A DNA stretch of 64,000 nucleotides from Octopus bimaculoides. Taxonomy: Eukaryota. The translations under genes were made by a program, and so were the position numbers. Position 1 is the stretch's first letter; every line of letters starts with the position of its first letter. The stretch spans positions 127,983,121 through 128,047,120 of the forward strand of contig NC_068983.1 of the NCBI RefSeq assembly GCF_001194135.2, written 5' to 3'. The notes under the pieces are model-generated. The model was not told where the DNA came from, made no database searches, and saw only the letters and a list, made by a program, of their open reading frames with translations. Positions 39,050 to 53,651 of this stretch are shown one piece after another.

Positions 39050-39209
39050 TCTTTCACTAGAATACTATTATCTAGAATCATTCACTAGTACACTGTTATG
39101 TCGACTCTGAAAGGACGAAAAGTGGAATCTTAAACTTGATGGCAAAGAGTCGGAAGAAATATCGCCAGGCATTTTATCTGACGCTCTTGCGATTCTACTA
39201 GATCACCGC
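39050..39209 (-). mobile_element. SINE family B copy, degenerate
   Basis: TCGACTCTGAAAGGACGAAA...GAAATATCGCCAGGCATTTT...GATTCTACTAGATCACCGC. Confidence 0.55.
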
Positions 39210-39544
39210 GTATGAAGAATAAGGCAGAAAATCAAAATCATGAGAAACTTAGTCGGTGATTGTTCTTTTCTTTTATGTCATACCTGAATAAGCAGAGACA
39301 ATCAAAATATTTCTATATGTGATCTGCCAGTCATGTTAGCTGCATTTAAATACTTGGTTATGTAATGTGCCCTTCTCATTTTCAAAGAAAGATAGGAATC
39401 AGGTTGATGAGGATGCAACAGTTATCTTTAAAATGTCAAGTGATATTCGTTGACATATATACAGCTACACATACATACGCACATAAGCACGCACATACAC
39501 ACATAAGCACGCACATATGCACGCACGTTTAGAATTTTGGCACG

Positions 39545-39749
39545 AAGCCAGCAATGTTGGGGTAAGTGGGTAACTCGATAATATTGGCACCATAGCTCAA
39601 TAGCTACTGATCTAATAGACCTTGAAAGGATGAAATGCAAATTCGGCCTTATCGGAATTTGAACTCAGATCTGATAGGTGAGAGAAATCTCGTAAATCAG
39701 TAAAACCTGTTGCCCGGCCTCGCAACGATTCTTCCATCTCGCCGTCTTA
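39545..39749 (-). mobile_element. SINE family B copy
   Basis: GAAAGGATGAAATGCAAA...GGAATTTGAACTCAGA...AACGATTCTTCCATCTCGCCGTCTT parallels 24975-25093. Confidence 0.7.
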
Positions 39750-41058
39750 AATATATACATTATTTGCGCATATATATATATATATANNNNNNNNNNNNNN
39801 NNNNNNNNNNNNNNNNNNNNNNNNNNNNNNNNNNNTAATATAATATATATATATAGTTTTAGGGAAAAGAACCAAGGTTCATGAACTCATCAATGAAAGT
39901 CCACTGTCTCATATAGAAAAATTAATAAGTAAAAGCACAATAAATAAGTATAATATAATATATATATATATTCAAATATAATACTTTTACAGAGCAAAGA
40001 TACGACGCCTTGCTGAACTTAGTAAAGCGATCCATTTCTTTTCTGTAGTAGTGCAGTGTATTCCGATACCCGTGGGCGGGCTGGCTTAATAAAACAACAC
40101 CAAAGTTAGAACGAATCCAGAAATTATACACTCAGATGTCTATAATTGTGTGTATATCTATACGTAAAGAAAACAAACGCACACATTAACACATATACAT
40201 ACACAGATGTCATAAGAAAACTACCTTTAATAATATATTCACCTGAGTTAATATTGACTGGTACAAAGTTATAGTTTATTTCATAATAATGTTCATCTTC
40301 AAAGAAGAAATTATCCATACATTATATGTTGTTGCGACTTACATTGTCAATGTGACGAATGAATGTGTAGAATGCTATGTGTATTTGTGTGGGTGTTTTT
40401 GTGCGCCAACATATGTGTCTACTGATATCATCGATCTTAAGGAGTAGTAGCAAAGACGAACAGCTGAAATCGTCCAATATATCTAATGGTGGCCATTCTG
40501 TATACGATTTTTGATACCAGGAGACATTCAGCCGTTAATATTTCAATTATTTCATTTATTGAGTCAGTTTTGATTCTGGTCTGTAGTTGGCAAGAGAAGT
40601 GACAAAATAGAAAGAAACGGTAAGACGTTCTCACATTAAAGGAACACCTACGAACCAAATCTAAAAGAAATGGATTATAAATAAATATATGGATTCCCCT
40701 AAAAGATATCTCTCATAGGAATTTGGAAATAAGCAGACCGATAACTATAGGGTGATTTAGTCTAACTTCTCAGGAAATGTCATTGGAAAAACATATTTGC
40801 TTATGTCTTAGAGAATGTAATAGTGATTCAATAATTCTTTGCAAGAACACTTCTTCGAACGGACTGATCACGATATCCGTTTATTGGAAGGACCGGGGAG
40901 AACATTTTTCTGTTCTATTCTCTTCTAATGTGTGAATAAATTTATGGCTTCCATTCAGAAATAGAATACATACATGTACACATACACGAAAGCGTACATT
41001 ATGTGAGGTCACTCATACAGACAGAGGCGTCCATACTGGCACATCAACATTTCTGTTC

Positions 41059-41133
<75 letters not shown>

Positions 41134-41311
41134 ATTGTATGTGTGTACTTATTGCTACTATTAAAATGTCGAACAGAAAAAGAATGAGCCATCAGATATA
41201 TGTTCAAGAGCATTCTGTACGTGACCATCCCATCTTGTGTTTAGAAAATAAAATTTCCAGTGTACTTACACTTTTAACAAAGTAGTTGCGATTACATTTA
41301 GCAGCCCTAGG

Positions 41312-41351
41312 GATATCTGAAGAAAGAATCTTTATTCCGAAATATCATATC
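41312..41351 (+). ncRNA. Minimal type-I hammerhead-ribozyme-like motif (Penelope-type)
   Basis: GATAT-CTGAAGA-AA-GAAT-CTTT-ATTC-C-GAAA-T-AT-C-ATATC: 5-bp stem I, intact CUGANGA and GAAA, palindromic AUAU stem III, AUC triplet. The base of stem II is an A.C mismatch. Confidence 0.55.
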
Positions 41352-41770
41352 AGACTAAGGATGATTAAATTACAACAGTTATTATAGTTTGTTGCTTGTA
41401 TTATAGTGAATTTTTGTGTTATTCAAAATACTTTCTTCTTTATATACACACAGGCACACACACACACACACATACACACATACACACAGACACACACACN
41501 NNNNNNNNNNNNNNNNNNNNNNNNNNNNNNNNNNNNNNNNNNNNNNNNNNNNNNNNNNNNNNNNNNNNNNNNNNNNNNNNNNNNNNNNNNNNNNNNNNNN
41601 NNNNNNNNNNNNNNNNNNNNNNNNNNNNNNNNNTTGAACTCCTGCCACACATGATTTGTACAAAATATACATCTATGATAGGTAGAATTAAGAGTATTTT
41701 TACGTAGCAACTATCTAGCAAATTTTCGTTTCTAACGAACGGAACTTCAGTTCATTTTTTGAAAAATATA

Positions 41771-41922
41771 AGGAGTAGCTATGTGGCAACACGCTTGCTT
41801 CCCTACCACATGGTTCCGGTTCAGCCCCGCTTCGTTGCATCTAGATCAGTTGTCTTCTACTATAGTCTCGCCTCGGGCTTACCAAAGACTTGTGAGTGGA
41901 TATATATATATATATACATATA

Positions 41923-41966
<44 letters not shown>

Positions 41967-42136
41967 TTTCCCTACCACCGCTTGGTGTGTTTACGTCCCC
42001 GTAACTTAGAGGTTCGGTAAAGGAGACAAATAGAAACAGTGCTAGGCATACAAAGAATAAGTCCTGGGGTTAGTTTGTTCGACTAAAGGAGGTGCTCCAG
42101 CATGGCCGCGGTCATGTGATTTAAACAAGTAAAAGA
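41771..42136 (+). mobile_element. SINE family A, second copy
   Basis: Collinear with 6676-7126, sharing CCACATGGTTCCG, CCTCGGGC, TGTGAGTGGAT, TTTACGTCCCCGTAACTTAG, AAAGAATAAGTCCTGGGGT and GGTGCTCCAGCATGGCCGC. Confidence 0.85.
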
Positions 42137-43798
42137 AAAAAAAATATCAATCAACATTTGGATTTTATTAAATAAGATTTGTATTTCTAACATAGTCTTG
42201 CCCGTAGTTCTGAGGAATGTTTTATTAATAACAATAATAGGTGGGATTTTGCCATATATTTATTACAACATACAATGTCAACAGTTTCTGAACACATTAA
42301 TAAACAAATGAAAGCTAAAATATTTCTAACGGAGTATATTACAACCAACCATCGATGTACTATTAAACAGTCGTATATCAACGTCTTGCTCTATATGTTT
42401 GCTTGTATGTAGTTACACTGCTAACCTACTTTAAGTATTTCAAAAGGTGGAATTTAAAAGTTCAGAATTTCAGTTCAATCACCTCCATCCTCCACAAATT
42501 TATGCTTATAATAAATGACCTACTGGGTATCCTTTATTCATCTATAAGAAAATGATTAACACATACGCGTCTAAACAAAGATGTTTATTGGTTGAAAATT
42601 TTCATTTCACTAGAAATTCTTTAGTGAGTTTCGAGTTGAAACTTGCAGTTCTATCAACTCCATTATCTAGTTATTCATTACCTGCCACATTAAAGCAAAA
42701 TATATCAAGGGATACTTGTATGAACGTTTCTGCGAAACACAATTTCATACATATAATGTATATATATTTGTGTGTGTGTGTGTGTGTGTGTTTGTGTGTG
42801 TGGGTGTGTGTGTGTGTATGTGTGTGTGCGTGTGTGTGTGTGTGTAGAGTGTGTGTGTTTCTTTATGTGTTGACATATATGGATGTGTATACTTTCATCC
42901 ATATGTGTATGAATATATGTGTTTGTGTGTCAGTGTGTATGACCGTATTTAACGGATTAACTCGAAGCAGAAAAAGTTATAAATAATACTGGGCGTTATT
43001 TATTTGTAAAATTGGGTGTAAAAAAGAAACCTTTGGAGAGAAAGGAAAAGTCGAAGGCTTCTATCCAGAATGATTTTAAACCCTAAAATGACATGGTATT
43101 ATCTATTGATTTTCTACTTGGCGTTGAAGTGTAAAAGACGTATTAATTTACGTTCTATCGAGGTTCCTAATTTCTTAATACATCAACAACACGTCAGTGT
43201 AAGTATATATATGTACAAGTATATTTGCATATAATATATATATAGGTGTATGTGAAAGGGAGAGGAAGATAGAAAGCAACTCTGATGCTTATTGAAATGG
43301 TCGTCTTTTTAGTAGGGGAAAAGTAAGTAAAATATTTAAATTTTAATATAATAGTATAGACTAATTAAATTTTCCGAAAAATACAATTGTAATAAAAGAA
43401 ATCTAATCATTATATTTACCTGGTGTTCAGCATTTGATATGAAAAGGTATTTGATATAGATTCTTCAAATTTCTATCTAATAATTGCATTACACATTTTC
43501 TGTAATTTTACCGCTTTTGAAGTCAGACAAATTATTTTCATGCTGCCTACGTGAGTTAGACAATATTCAGTTGCCGTTTATTCAGAGGCGGTAAAAACAC
43601 TTATAGAAATCCACAAAATTTAATATATTTTCTCGCAAATTTCTAAAATGACAGCGGAATTGTTTATTTTTCTCACCTCATAAAGAAAATTTTACAACTT
43701 AACTTTTCAAACAGATTTGTAAACAATTTCGAAAAGCACTTTCGTCTCTTTTCATGTTTTTTTTGTTTTCCTTACGATATTAAATGAAATGAATCTGG

Positions 43799-43832
<34 letters not shown>

Positions 43833-44078
43833 NNNNNNNNNNNNNNNNNNNNNNNNNNNNNNNNNNNNNNNNNNNNNNNNNNNNNNNNNNNNNNNNNNNN
43901 NNNNNNNNNNNNNNNNNNNNNNNNNNNNNNNNNNNNNNNNNNNNNNNNNNNNNNNNNNNNNNNNNNNNNNNNNNNNNNNNNNNNNNNNNNNNNNNNNNNN
44001 NNNNNNNNNNNNNNNNNNNNNNNNNNNNNNNNNNNNNNNNNNNNNNNNNNNNNNNNNNNNNNNNNNNNNNNNNNNNNN

Positions 44079-44122
<44 letters not shown>

Positions 44123-46976
44123 TACAGTGAGAAAGATGCATATATATGTGCGTAGACATGTAGACGACGGTATCTACCGTCGAAGACGGTGAATGAGTGT
44201 TCAGTTTTTGCTGAACGACTTGCACAGATGATTCAATTATAGTGATCTAATATATGTGCTGCACATTAGCTCATTAGCTCTATCAAATTGACATTGTCTG
44301 AGATGGTGCACAGCGTACCACATATCAGGCGTTGAAATAACTACAGAGGAACGTGAAATGCAGTGTTTTGCTCAAAAATAAAACTCACCCATGAAGCCAA
44401 TTGAAGCCAACATCTCGTGATGTAACCACTAGGTCATCCGTTTACAAGGAATATCATTACGTAAATGGAAAGGAACGGAGGAGAAGTCATCGTTACCAGA
44501 AAGCAAATGAGGGACAACGTAACCGAGGTTAGCGTTTTGAATGAACGGATAGAATGTGAGGCATAATAATATACAGCAAATAAAAGAACAGCGAAGCGAA
44601 TTGTTTGAAATAAGCGTGAATAAATTGAAGACCAGGTTATGCATGATAGAGAGAAAGAGAGAAAGATAGTGCGTCTGTGTGTGTGCGCGCGCGCGTATGA
44701 AGTTGCTTGCAATCGGGTGGTCTAAGAGTGAATATTTTGTTATACAATGTATGTCTCGATACAGTGTACGAGTAATATCGACAAGCCATAACATTCTGTA
44801 TGTGTGTATGTATGTATGTAGTACGTATGTATGTATGTATGTATGCATGTATGTATGTGCTGTTATTAGTAGTACTAGTGGTGGAGGTGTTGCTGTTGGC
44901 GGCGGTAATAGTAGTAGATAATTATTATGTGAGTGTGAAGATGTGTGCGAGTTACGAAGAAGGCGTTTATCTTTGTGAGCTTGTCTATGAGGAAGTTGTT
45001 GTTATTTGTGGCAGTCAACATGAAATTTTATCCCATTTGGCTACAAAGTGTAAAGTCGGAAAATGCATTGTTGCTTTTTTCGCAAACGCGAAAAGGGTGA
45101 TCCAATATACTGAACAGGAAATAAATCTAATCATTACAATGCCCAACGCTGGGTAACATAAAAATGTAAACACATATGGTATGTTCGACTCATGTCCGTA
45201 TATAATAGGAGAAAAAAATCTGATAGAAGGCCTTTTTCACGGTTCGCTGATCCCTTTACAAGGACAAGATACTCGGCTTATCTTTCCAATTATAAGCACA
45301 AATCAGCTACTATATAGAACAGTTATACATTTGGCCATCGTATTTCTGGTTTACGTTGTGTTGTGCATAAAATAGACATTGTTTGACTACTGGTGCGTCA
45401 TCAAGATGCTGGTAAATAGAATATTTTAGCCACCACGGCACTAGTCTCATTTATGACTGCTTTATGACACAATTGGTCTGGGTTGTTGATTGTGGAAAGA
45501 AACTCCCTTCATCTTTGAGAAACCGTCAACAAACAACGATTCTTCGCAGACTCAACGCGCGTCGACAGTGTTTTATGTGATTGCACTTTTATTCCATACA
45601 TGTGACGCTTAAACTGAAATATATATTTACATCTATATATTTATGAATAGATTTCATCTTCGTACTCTCAGATGTATTTTACAGTGCTTACAAGTCTTTA
45701 AAATTTAAACGTCATTTACAGTAGGACAGAGCCTTCAGTTTTAACATTTATACTTACCTCATGACCATGAGACCTACTCAACATCACTTTTATTCTATAT
45801 TTTTCTCTCATAGCTTTGGTCTGCGTCCGAGAACGTAATATATATTATCAGTCGCCATGGAATTTTAATGGTTATTTTTAAATGTCTTAATGTTGGTGGA
45901 AACTCATAAAGAATTATATAGAACCTAAGTTCTTTTGAAACTATTTTGTTTCTGAATCATTTTATACTTGAGGTTCTGTACAATCCATATTGGTAGTACT
46001 GAATAACCTAGTTCAGAGAGAGATCTTTGAAAACTTTATTTTGTTGTCATAAACATATTTCTTCTACGATATAATTTGTTTTCCATTCTTCGTTGTACTC
46101 TGAAATGAAAGTAAATGTACTCTGGAATTACTTACTAATTATCAATGATAAGAAACTGGTTCATTTCTCTTCGTCTTTATGTTATGTCTATTATTTTAGG
46201 TAATTGAAATGTGCTGAAACTATAAGATAAGTAACGCATAAAGTGCTCTTACCTATAGGTGAAAATTGAAATCATATCATAAGTTAACTACAATATTTTG
46301 TTGTTGTATATCTATGTTGTTGACACCCCTACCCCAGAATCTTAACACGATGCATTGCAATCTTACTTCCATGGAGAATACTGTTTATGAATGAACGGGA
46401 ACTCATAGTGTTGTCAGCTAAGTACGGTAGTTAATGTGCAAGTTTATGCAATCTGAAGGAATATAAGACTAAAACCTGTCATATATATTGTAAACTGTAT
46501 ATTTTATTTTCAGTTGCGTTACTAGTAATGTAAATAATATGGATATATTTACAATACATTATGCCTTCAATTTCGTTCCAACACAAACATAGTTTGGCAT
46601 GATATAATATGCGTGTGTGCGATGGAGTGTGTGTAAACGTGCGCGCGTGTGAGTACTTACGTATATGCATATACGTGTGTACGTACACTAGTTACTGATA
46701 CGCTAAACAGAGGTTTTGACGATAGTGTAGTCTACAGTAGAATGGATACATTTTAGAATTACGAGATTTAGCCCAAACTCTGTATATAATTGGATATACA
46801 TGGCAAATGTAAACAAATGTCAATACCATGTTCCCGTGGGCCGAAAAAGAGATCAGTCCAATCGGTGTATCCAATTATGCACGCACTGCCGGCTAAAGCT
46901 TTGTGCTGCTGCATTAACCAACTCAATATTGCAGACATAGATATATATGCAGATGTAAGTATAGCCGTGCATGTAT

Positions 46977-47013
<37 letters not shown>

Positions 47014-48409
47014 AAAATGCATGTATGATGTGTGCGTGCAAGCATGTATGTATGTATGTATGTGATTTCTAAAGCAGCGAGTGTTTTGATTTTAGTGTTT
47101 AGTTTAAGATCAACTTTAGTACGGTGAAGTCGTTACAGGCGTTTTATATATTAATAAATATGAATAAGATGTTATTCCCCTTTCTCAACTCATTATTTCG
47201 ATTCTCTTTCTCAATTTTCTAATTTCCATTTGTCTTTTATTACAACGCATCTTTACCATTTTCCTCGTATCTCTGCAGCAAGTGTCTTATTTCTCAGCGT
47301 TTTTGTTTTATTCTGTTTTAGAAATTAACATGCTTTTGGGTTGTTATATATCTTCAAGTAGATTTGCAATAATGCCTTCGAAGTATCATTTGATTACCTC
47401 CCATCGAAAAGACATGTTCAAGTAGAATAAATGGAACTCTTTGAGCTTTTTCTCATTTTGCCTGTCTTTGAAACCTACTAATTGGATATTGCTTTCTATT
47501 ATTAAACAAAGCGTTGCTTTTTCTTTCTTCGTCTGTGTGTGGGGTTTTTTTCCTGTCTTTATCTCTCTGTCTATCTGTCTGTTTGTACTCTCTTTCTCTT
47601 TTTCTTGTGCGTGTTTGTGCGTGTATTTGCGATGTGTGTGTGTTTTTGTGTGCGTGCGCATTTATGTATGTTTTACATATATGAATATTTTGTTTTTATT
47701 CTAAAGATGTAGCGATAATCGTTCTGTAATTTAATGTACTCAGATGTCTTGATAATAATTAACTATATTGTGACTACGAATAGCAAAATATTGTTTTCCG
47801 AATATAGGATTCGATGTAATTAATTGATTAAAAATATAATTAATTTGTAAATTAAACTGTAATGACTTGCTAACAAATTGTGTTTTGTAGTACAAAATCC
47901 ATTGTGTTATTTAAATGCATCACTTAACGTTATTAATTTAAAAGCCTGCAGGGGCTGTGTTTAATCTTCACTGGTATCCATGGAATAAATATTGGGTATA
48001 ACATAGATGAGGTTAACTGACATACCATTCTCGTTCAGAAAATATTGTTTTATAAATTTTGTTTATGCACAGAAATATCCTCTGTAACCACTCTTTCCAT
48101 ATCTCTCCAGCTAGCTATCTATCCGAATAAATATATAAGTATATAATTATTGTCTAATTTCTCGAAACGTTAAATATACCCAACCCCATAACAAGAATTT
48201 ACGCGCTGGTTATCAAACGGCAATGAATCATGATCTCTTTCACTCTGAATTCAAATAGTGGTTGAACCGACATCACAATTCCCTATTAGAGAGTTAGGCT
48301 ACTAATAAATGATAATATACGATAATTATTCAATGGTATTGATTATACCTAGAAGGTGCTACTTTTACACTCACCAAAGGGAATGAATCTTTGTCGATTA
48401 AGAGCTAAT

Positions 48410-48815
48410 ATCCTCAGACGGTATCTAACGATCATCGGATGCTTCGACCCTGAACCGTGACACCATCCTGTTGGTGGGCCAGCAAAGATAGTCAAATCAT
48501 TATTCACCATCTCTTCCTGGCTTCCAGCTCAACTGTTCCCTAGTAAGAAACTCCTTTCTAGTAAAAGGCTGCTTCTCCGATCCAGCACACAGCCACCCTT
48601 TGCTGTCTTCCCCACACTCCATTAAATGTAAGCATCCTCCATACAGACTGGTCAGAGGCTCCCCTACAGCCAACTTCTCTCTGCAATCCTGCAGAATGCT
48701 CTCATACTTGATACGCTTCAATTCGTGTTCCTGATCACACCCTTCATACTACGGGACTGTAAGCTCGATCAAAATTATTGCCCTCGTCTTTTCAGACATC
48801 TCAGATTTAACTATT
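48410..48815 (-). mobile_element. 3' fragment of a restriction-like-endonuclease non-LTR retrotransposon (HERO/NeSL-like)
   Basis: Minus strand KTRAIILIELTVP*YEGCDQEHELKRIKYESILQDCREK, then shifted EVGCRGASDQSVWRML..GEAA. This matches IELTVPWE...E.K..KY..L...C...EVGCRG of REL domains. Confidence 0.8.
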
Positions 48816-49069
48816 CTTTTCAGAACACAGATCTATCTATTCTTCCACAGTCAACAATTACAGAACTGTTTTCTTTTTTAAGAACATCGGGCTTGATGTA
48901 GGATTGTTTAAACCAAAGTAATTGATAATATATCGATGCGAAACACTAGTTTGTTCCGAGTTGGATTACAAATTTTGTGACAGATGATGGATTGATTAAA
49001 CGAAGTCAGTCTAATGTCTCGTATTTATTTGCTTTTGTATCACACAAAGAGGATTGCGGTATTTAGTTC

Positions 49070-49150
49070 CTTTTTTATTCTCCTTTAAAATTCCATCAAG
49101 GTTCAGCCTACCTTTAATTCTTCTGCCATCGATAAAATATATCACGGAAA
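49070..49150 (+). mobile_element. SINE family B fragment
   Basis: AAATTCCATCAAGGTTCAGCCTACCTTT...TCGATAAAATA. Confidence 0.35.
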
Positions 49151-51379
49151 GCAAACACTGACTCAGTCATCTCTACCTCAATCTTTGATGTACACCGCTA
49201 TATCCGATTTCGCATCATAATTAATATCGCTTACTATTATCGATCGGACGAAAGCCAATATGTTGCATGAATATAAGGACAATATATATCAAGATTCCAG
49301 AAAATGTATTGCGTTGTAATGGTATGAGCTGTGTATATCCTAGATGCAACAGATCTCGGTATTGTTTAGTTATTACACATAACGCACTTCTATATTGCAT
49401 ATGTATCACACAACTCTCCCATTAACAATATCTACATATTACAAACTACAAAGAAAATGAATGTGGAAGTAACTCACGTAACAATCATCAAGAATATACA
49501 TGTACCTCATATAACAGGTGGCACACGAAGTTTGTGTTTATGCCTCAGTTGTGTATATACATCAGTAAACACTGTTCAGTGTTTTGTATCATATATGTGT
49601 ACAATGTAATTACAATTTATGTACCTCACATATCAGAAATCAATAATTTAAAAAATATTCTGCACGTACATCACACAATATTATTGTTAATTTGTGTATA
49701 TATTCTACATAACAGACAACAATAATATACAAAGACATCTTGTTACAAATCTCATTAATAACACTAGCTGAAAGACCATTTTCCGGGCAGTTTTCTGCTA
49801 CGAACTTGATAATATCTTCATATTTGATTCGCAATTCTGATCATTTTTATCATATGTTACGCATAATTATTTCTTTGTATAATAGTGTCACTTTCTTAGT
49901 AAATATTGCTTTTATTATTCTATTACAGTCAGAATTTCTCATTTTTTAAACAAATATCGAGAAAGTCCAACTACGGAAGGGGCGACACTCTAAGCTTTAC
50001 TTTCCCCTCAAAGCAACATAGAGATTTCAATTCAGCAGCCCATCTGTTAGAGAGAGAGAGTGGTTGGGAGAAGAGAGAACATTGCAAACAATGAATGAAA
50101 TGAACAAGAAATGAATAAATCGTATAAATAAAAAAAGCATAACTATAGATGTATATGCCTCCGACTTTGTTGCTAAATAAGATTCACAAGAATGGACACT
50201 TTTTAACGACCGTTTCTACTTATACCATTTAGATGTGGTGGCTTCAGAGTTTATAGGCATTTATGGGAAAGAATTTCTCTGAGTAGAGAAAACGTTTTGG
50301 GAAAATTTATGCTGTCCAACTTTTTCCCTGATAACTTCCGAGACACAGGTATCTTTTAATGAAAGTTTATACAAATACCTTTGATATTTCATAGATTACG
50401 ATTATAAAGAAATTTGTGGAGAAAATGTTTGAGAAGGGATGGGGAGAGGAGTTTCAGATTGGGCAAACCAAATACGTTAGAACTACTCTGTTTTGACGGG
50501 GATTTTCTATAATTTTTTAAAACCACAGCCTTTCAAATGATGGGGGTAGGGTGTCATCTTTACATGAGAAAGTTTTGAAAATATTTTTGCCGAAGTACTA
50601 GGTCTATTTCGGCTGGAAAGGAAAAATCGAAAAGAATGATAACCCTAGCACAACCCAAATCACTCTCCGTTTTCACTATTACACGTATTGATGGAGGAAT
50701 ATCTTTCACCAACATCCGTATCTCATTTTTACTCTGCTCATTATCAAAGATGGCATCAAGAGTGCTGTATATGATTTTTGTCATATTTATAATTTGTTTA
50801 TATTTATTTTATTATGAATGCAAAATAACACTACAGAGGAAACGACGTAAAATTAAATACTAAACCTCGTCGATGTACTCATATATACATAGCATGCATA
50901 CGCGTGCGTGCATGAGTATATATATATATATATATAAGAAAATGGAGGGAATCAAGAGTTGGTATTCATCAACATTAGACATTATTTTACGTCTATTTTT
51001 TAAAAACATTATAACAATATACATACATGTATAACATACCATGCTCTACATATATAATATATGAAAATATTAAAATACAGGCAATTATTAAAATGTATAA
51101 CATAGAGCATACGAAGTAGAATAGTATCTTACAGCTGTTTCAGCCAACAGGTTATAGTACCCCACTTTACCTCCATCCCCCAGTGAAGTATTTGGTAGAT
51201 AGGATCAAGGCACCTGGATGTGCCCCTGGGCCACGCAAGAAAGCCCAGAAAGCTCATAAGGTTCAGAGACAAATGCATGCATATATACACACTTTTACTT
51301 ATACATATATACATACATGAATATGCATAAATAAATATCTATACATTTATATGTATATGTACATGGATACAAAGAAAAC

Positions 51380-51413
<34 letters not shown>

Positions 51414-52404
51414 GTTGTTGTTGTTGTCTAATAGAAATATTACATTATTCCTATTAGATAAAGTATACACAGAAGAAAGAAAAACATTATCAAAAGAGAA
51501 ATAATAGTAGAATTTAAATGATCAATCTATCTTAAGATTATTCTAGGAATGAAAAGGTATATAAATGTGGAATACACACACACACATACACACACACACA
51601 CACACACCCACACACACACACACACACCCACACAGACACACACACACCCACACAGACACACACACACCCACACATATATATATATATATATATAATCACG
51701 CTCACACACACACACGTATATATATATATATATTTGTATATATGAAGAATAAGCACTGACATATGAGCACCTTACATCTGATATCAGAAACAGCTTTAAA
51801 TTAATGGGGGTTATGAAATAATTTCTCGTTGCCTTGTCATTTATTTGTGCGTTTGTATGTAGGGGAAAGATCCTATGTCGTTATAAATTAAGGAACATTA
51901 ACTAACTCACTAACTTCTCTCAGTTTATTATACTGAAAACATTCGAAATAAAACTTATAGAATACCCAGTACATAATCCTATACGCTGCAGTTTTTATCA
52001 GTGTATAGGTAGAAACAACGATTACATTTAACATGTCAGACGACCAAGTTTTCACATGTATTATTTATATGTAGAGATAGTCTACAGATTATTTGTAAAA
52101 ATATATTTTACAAATTTATATGTACAGGTGCCAAATACTGTCCATCTAATTATGAATCGAGAAGATATTGAAAGCAAATATTAAAAATCTATCCATCGTA
52201 GTGACACTTCAGGACTTCCGTAAAAGCTCTACAGGTGTATGGTTAGATACACATTTTCGCTGAAAATGATGACCATTTCCTGCTGGATTCCTATAACTAA
52301 TGATTTTAACTTCAACTACTCAGTTAACATACGAATCATGTTAGCAAATGTAAATGGTGCTTCCGTGTATTTCTGTACGGCGGATTGATTTGCATCTTTA
52401 TATA

Positions 52405-52420
52405 AACAGAAATATAAGTA

Positions 52421-52506
<86 letters not shown>

Positions 52507-52520
52507 ACACACACACACAT
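52405..52520. repeat. (CA)n microsatellite
   Basis: Directly visible. Comparable (CA/GT)n and (TA)n tracts lie at ~6835, 10260, 11670, 12280, 30764, 41060, 42770, 51570, 54447 and 55343. Confidence 0.98.
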
Positions 52521-52764
52521 AAACACGCGCGAACACACACACCTAAGCACTCACACACGCACCTAAACACGCACTCACACACGCCTAAACACGCGCGCGC
52601 GCAGACATGAGTGAGTGTGTTTGTGCAAGCATTCATAATTACAAGATTTTACATCAATGTGTAGATTGATACAAAATACGCATAATCAAATATGCCTCTC
52701 GATCTATGCGTGTGTTTGCCTTTGCCTGTCTATCTGTCTCTGTCTATTTCTCTCTCTCTCTCTC

Positions 52765-52805
<41 letters not shown>

Positions 52806-53651
52806 TTTACATAGCTTTTTGGGAAATATTTACTTTCGAGTCAAATCACCTAAAACTATAAATTACAGCATGTAAACTCTGGGCGGAAAAACCTATGTTT
52901 GAGTCCCATGGACAGCATTCTGATTTTTGTGTCTATATAAGTGACCTAACTTGTAATTACGCGAGTTGTTGTGTATTCGACTATTACGTGAGAGATAGTA
53001 ATAATGGAATTAGATTTACTTGAAATATAAGGAAACAATTTTTTTAAATTTATAGTTTATCACCCTCAACATCTACTTAAAAGGTAAAGATTTTATCCAA
53101 CATTCTTTGATATTTATTGTGCATCGTCTCTGACTTGAACTATAGCAGCTCCACAATCTGCTTACACAAGCACATTCACAGCACGTGCATCTACGTACCG
53201 ACACATGCCTACACATACCACTGTTTTGGCATAAAGCACGTATAGCTGCGGAGATAGCTACCTTAAGGATCCTATTATTGGTGTTACTTATTGGTTATAC
53301 AAAAGTCGGGGCATGTTAGGGGTGTTGATTTTGGTTATATTACTTTCGGTGTTGGTAGCGATTGAGATGGTGATGGTGGGTTGTATTATTACTGATGGTA
53401 GACATATTTTCTTGCTAATTACGTTGTTGTCTCTATTTTCAAGTCAATCCTCGTTCCCTACGATTGAAACCATGTCGCCCAACTTTTAAAATAAATTGAA
53501 CGTAGATAAAGTTGTATATCTAGCAAACACTATTATTGTTACTGTAGTGAATCATTAAGGCGTTTCGAGTTTGCTGATTATGGTGGACATATTAGTTTGT
53601 GTCTAACAGGTCTAAATTTCAGAGATTGGGAATTATGCTCATTATTCACTT

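Noticed and set aside
50560-50863. Overlapping 74-75-aa ORFs on both strands in unique sequence
   Set aside because: No recognisable motif or convincing splice sites; length within chance expectation.
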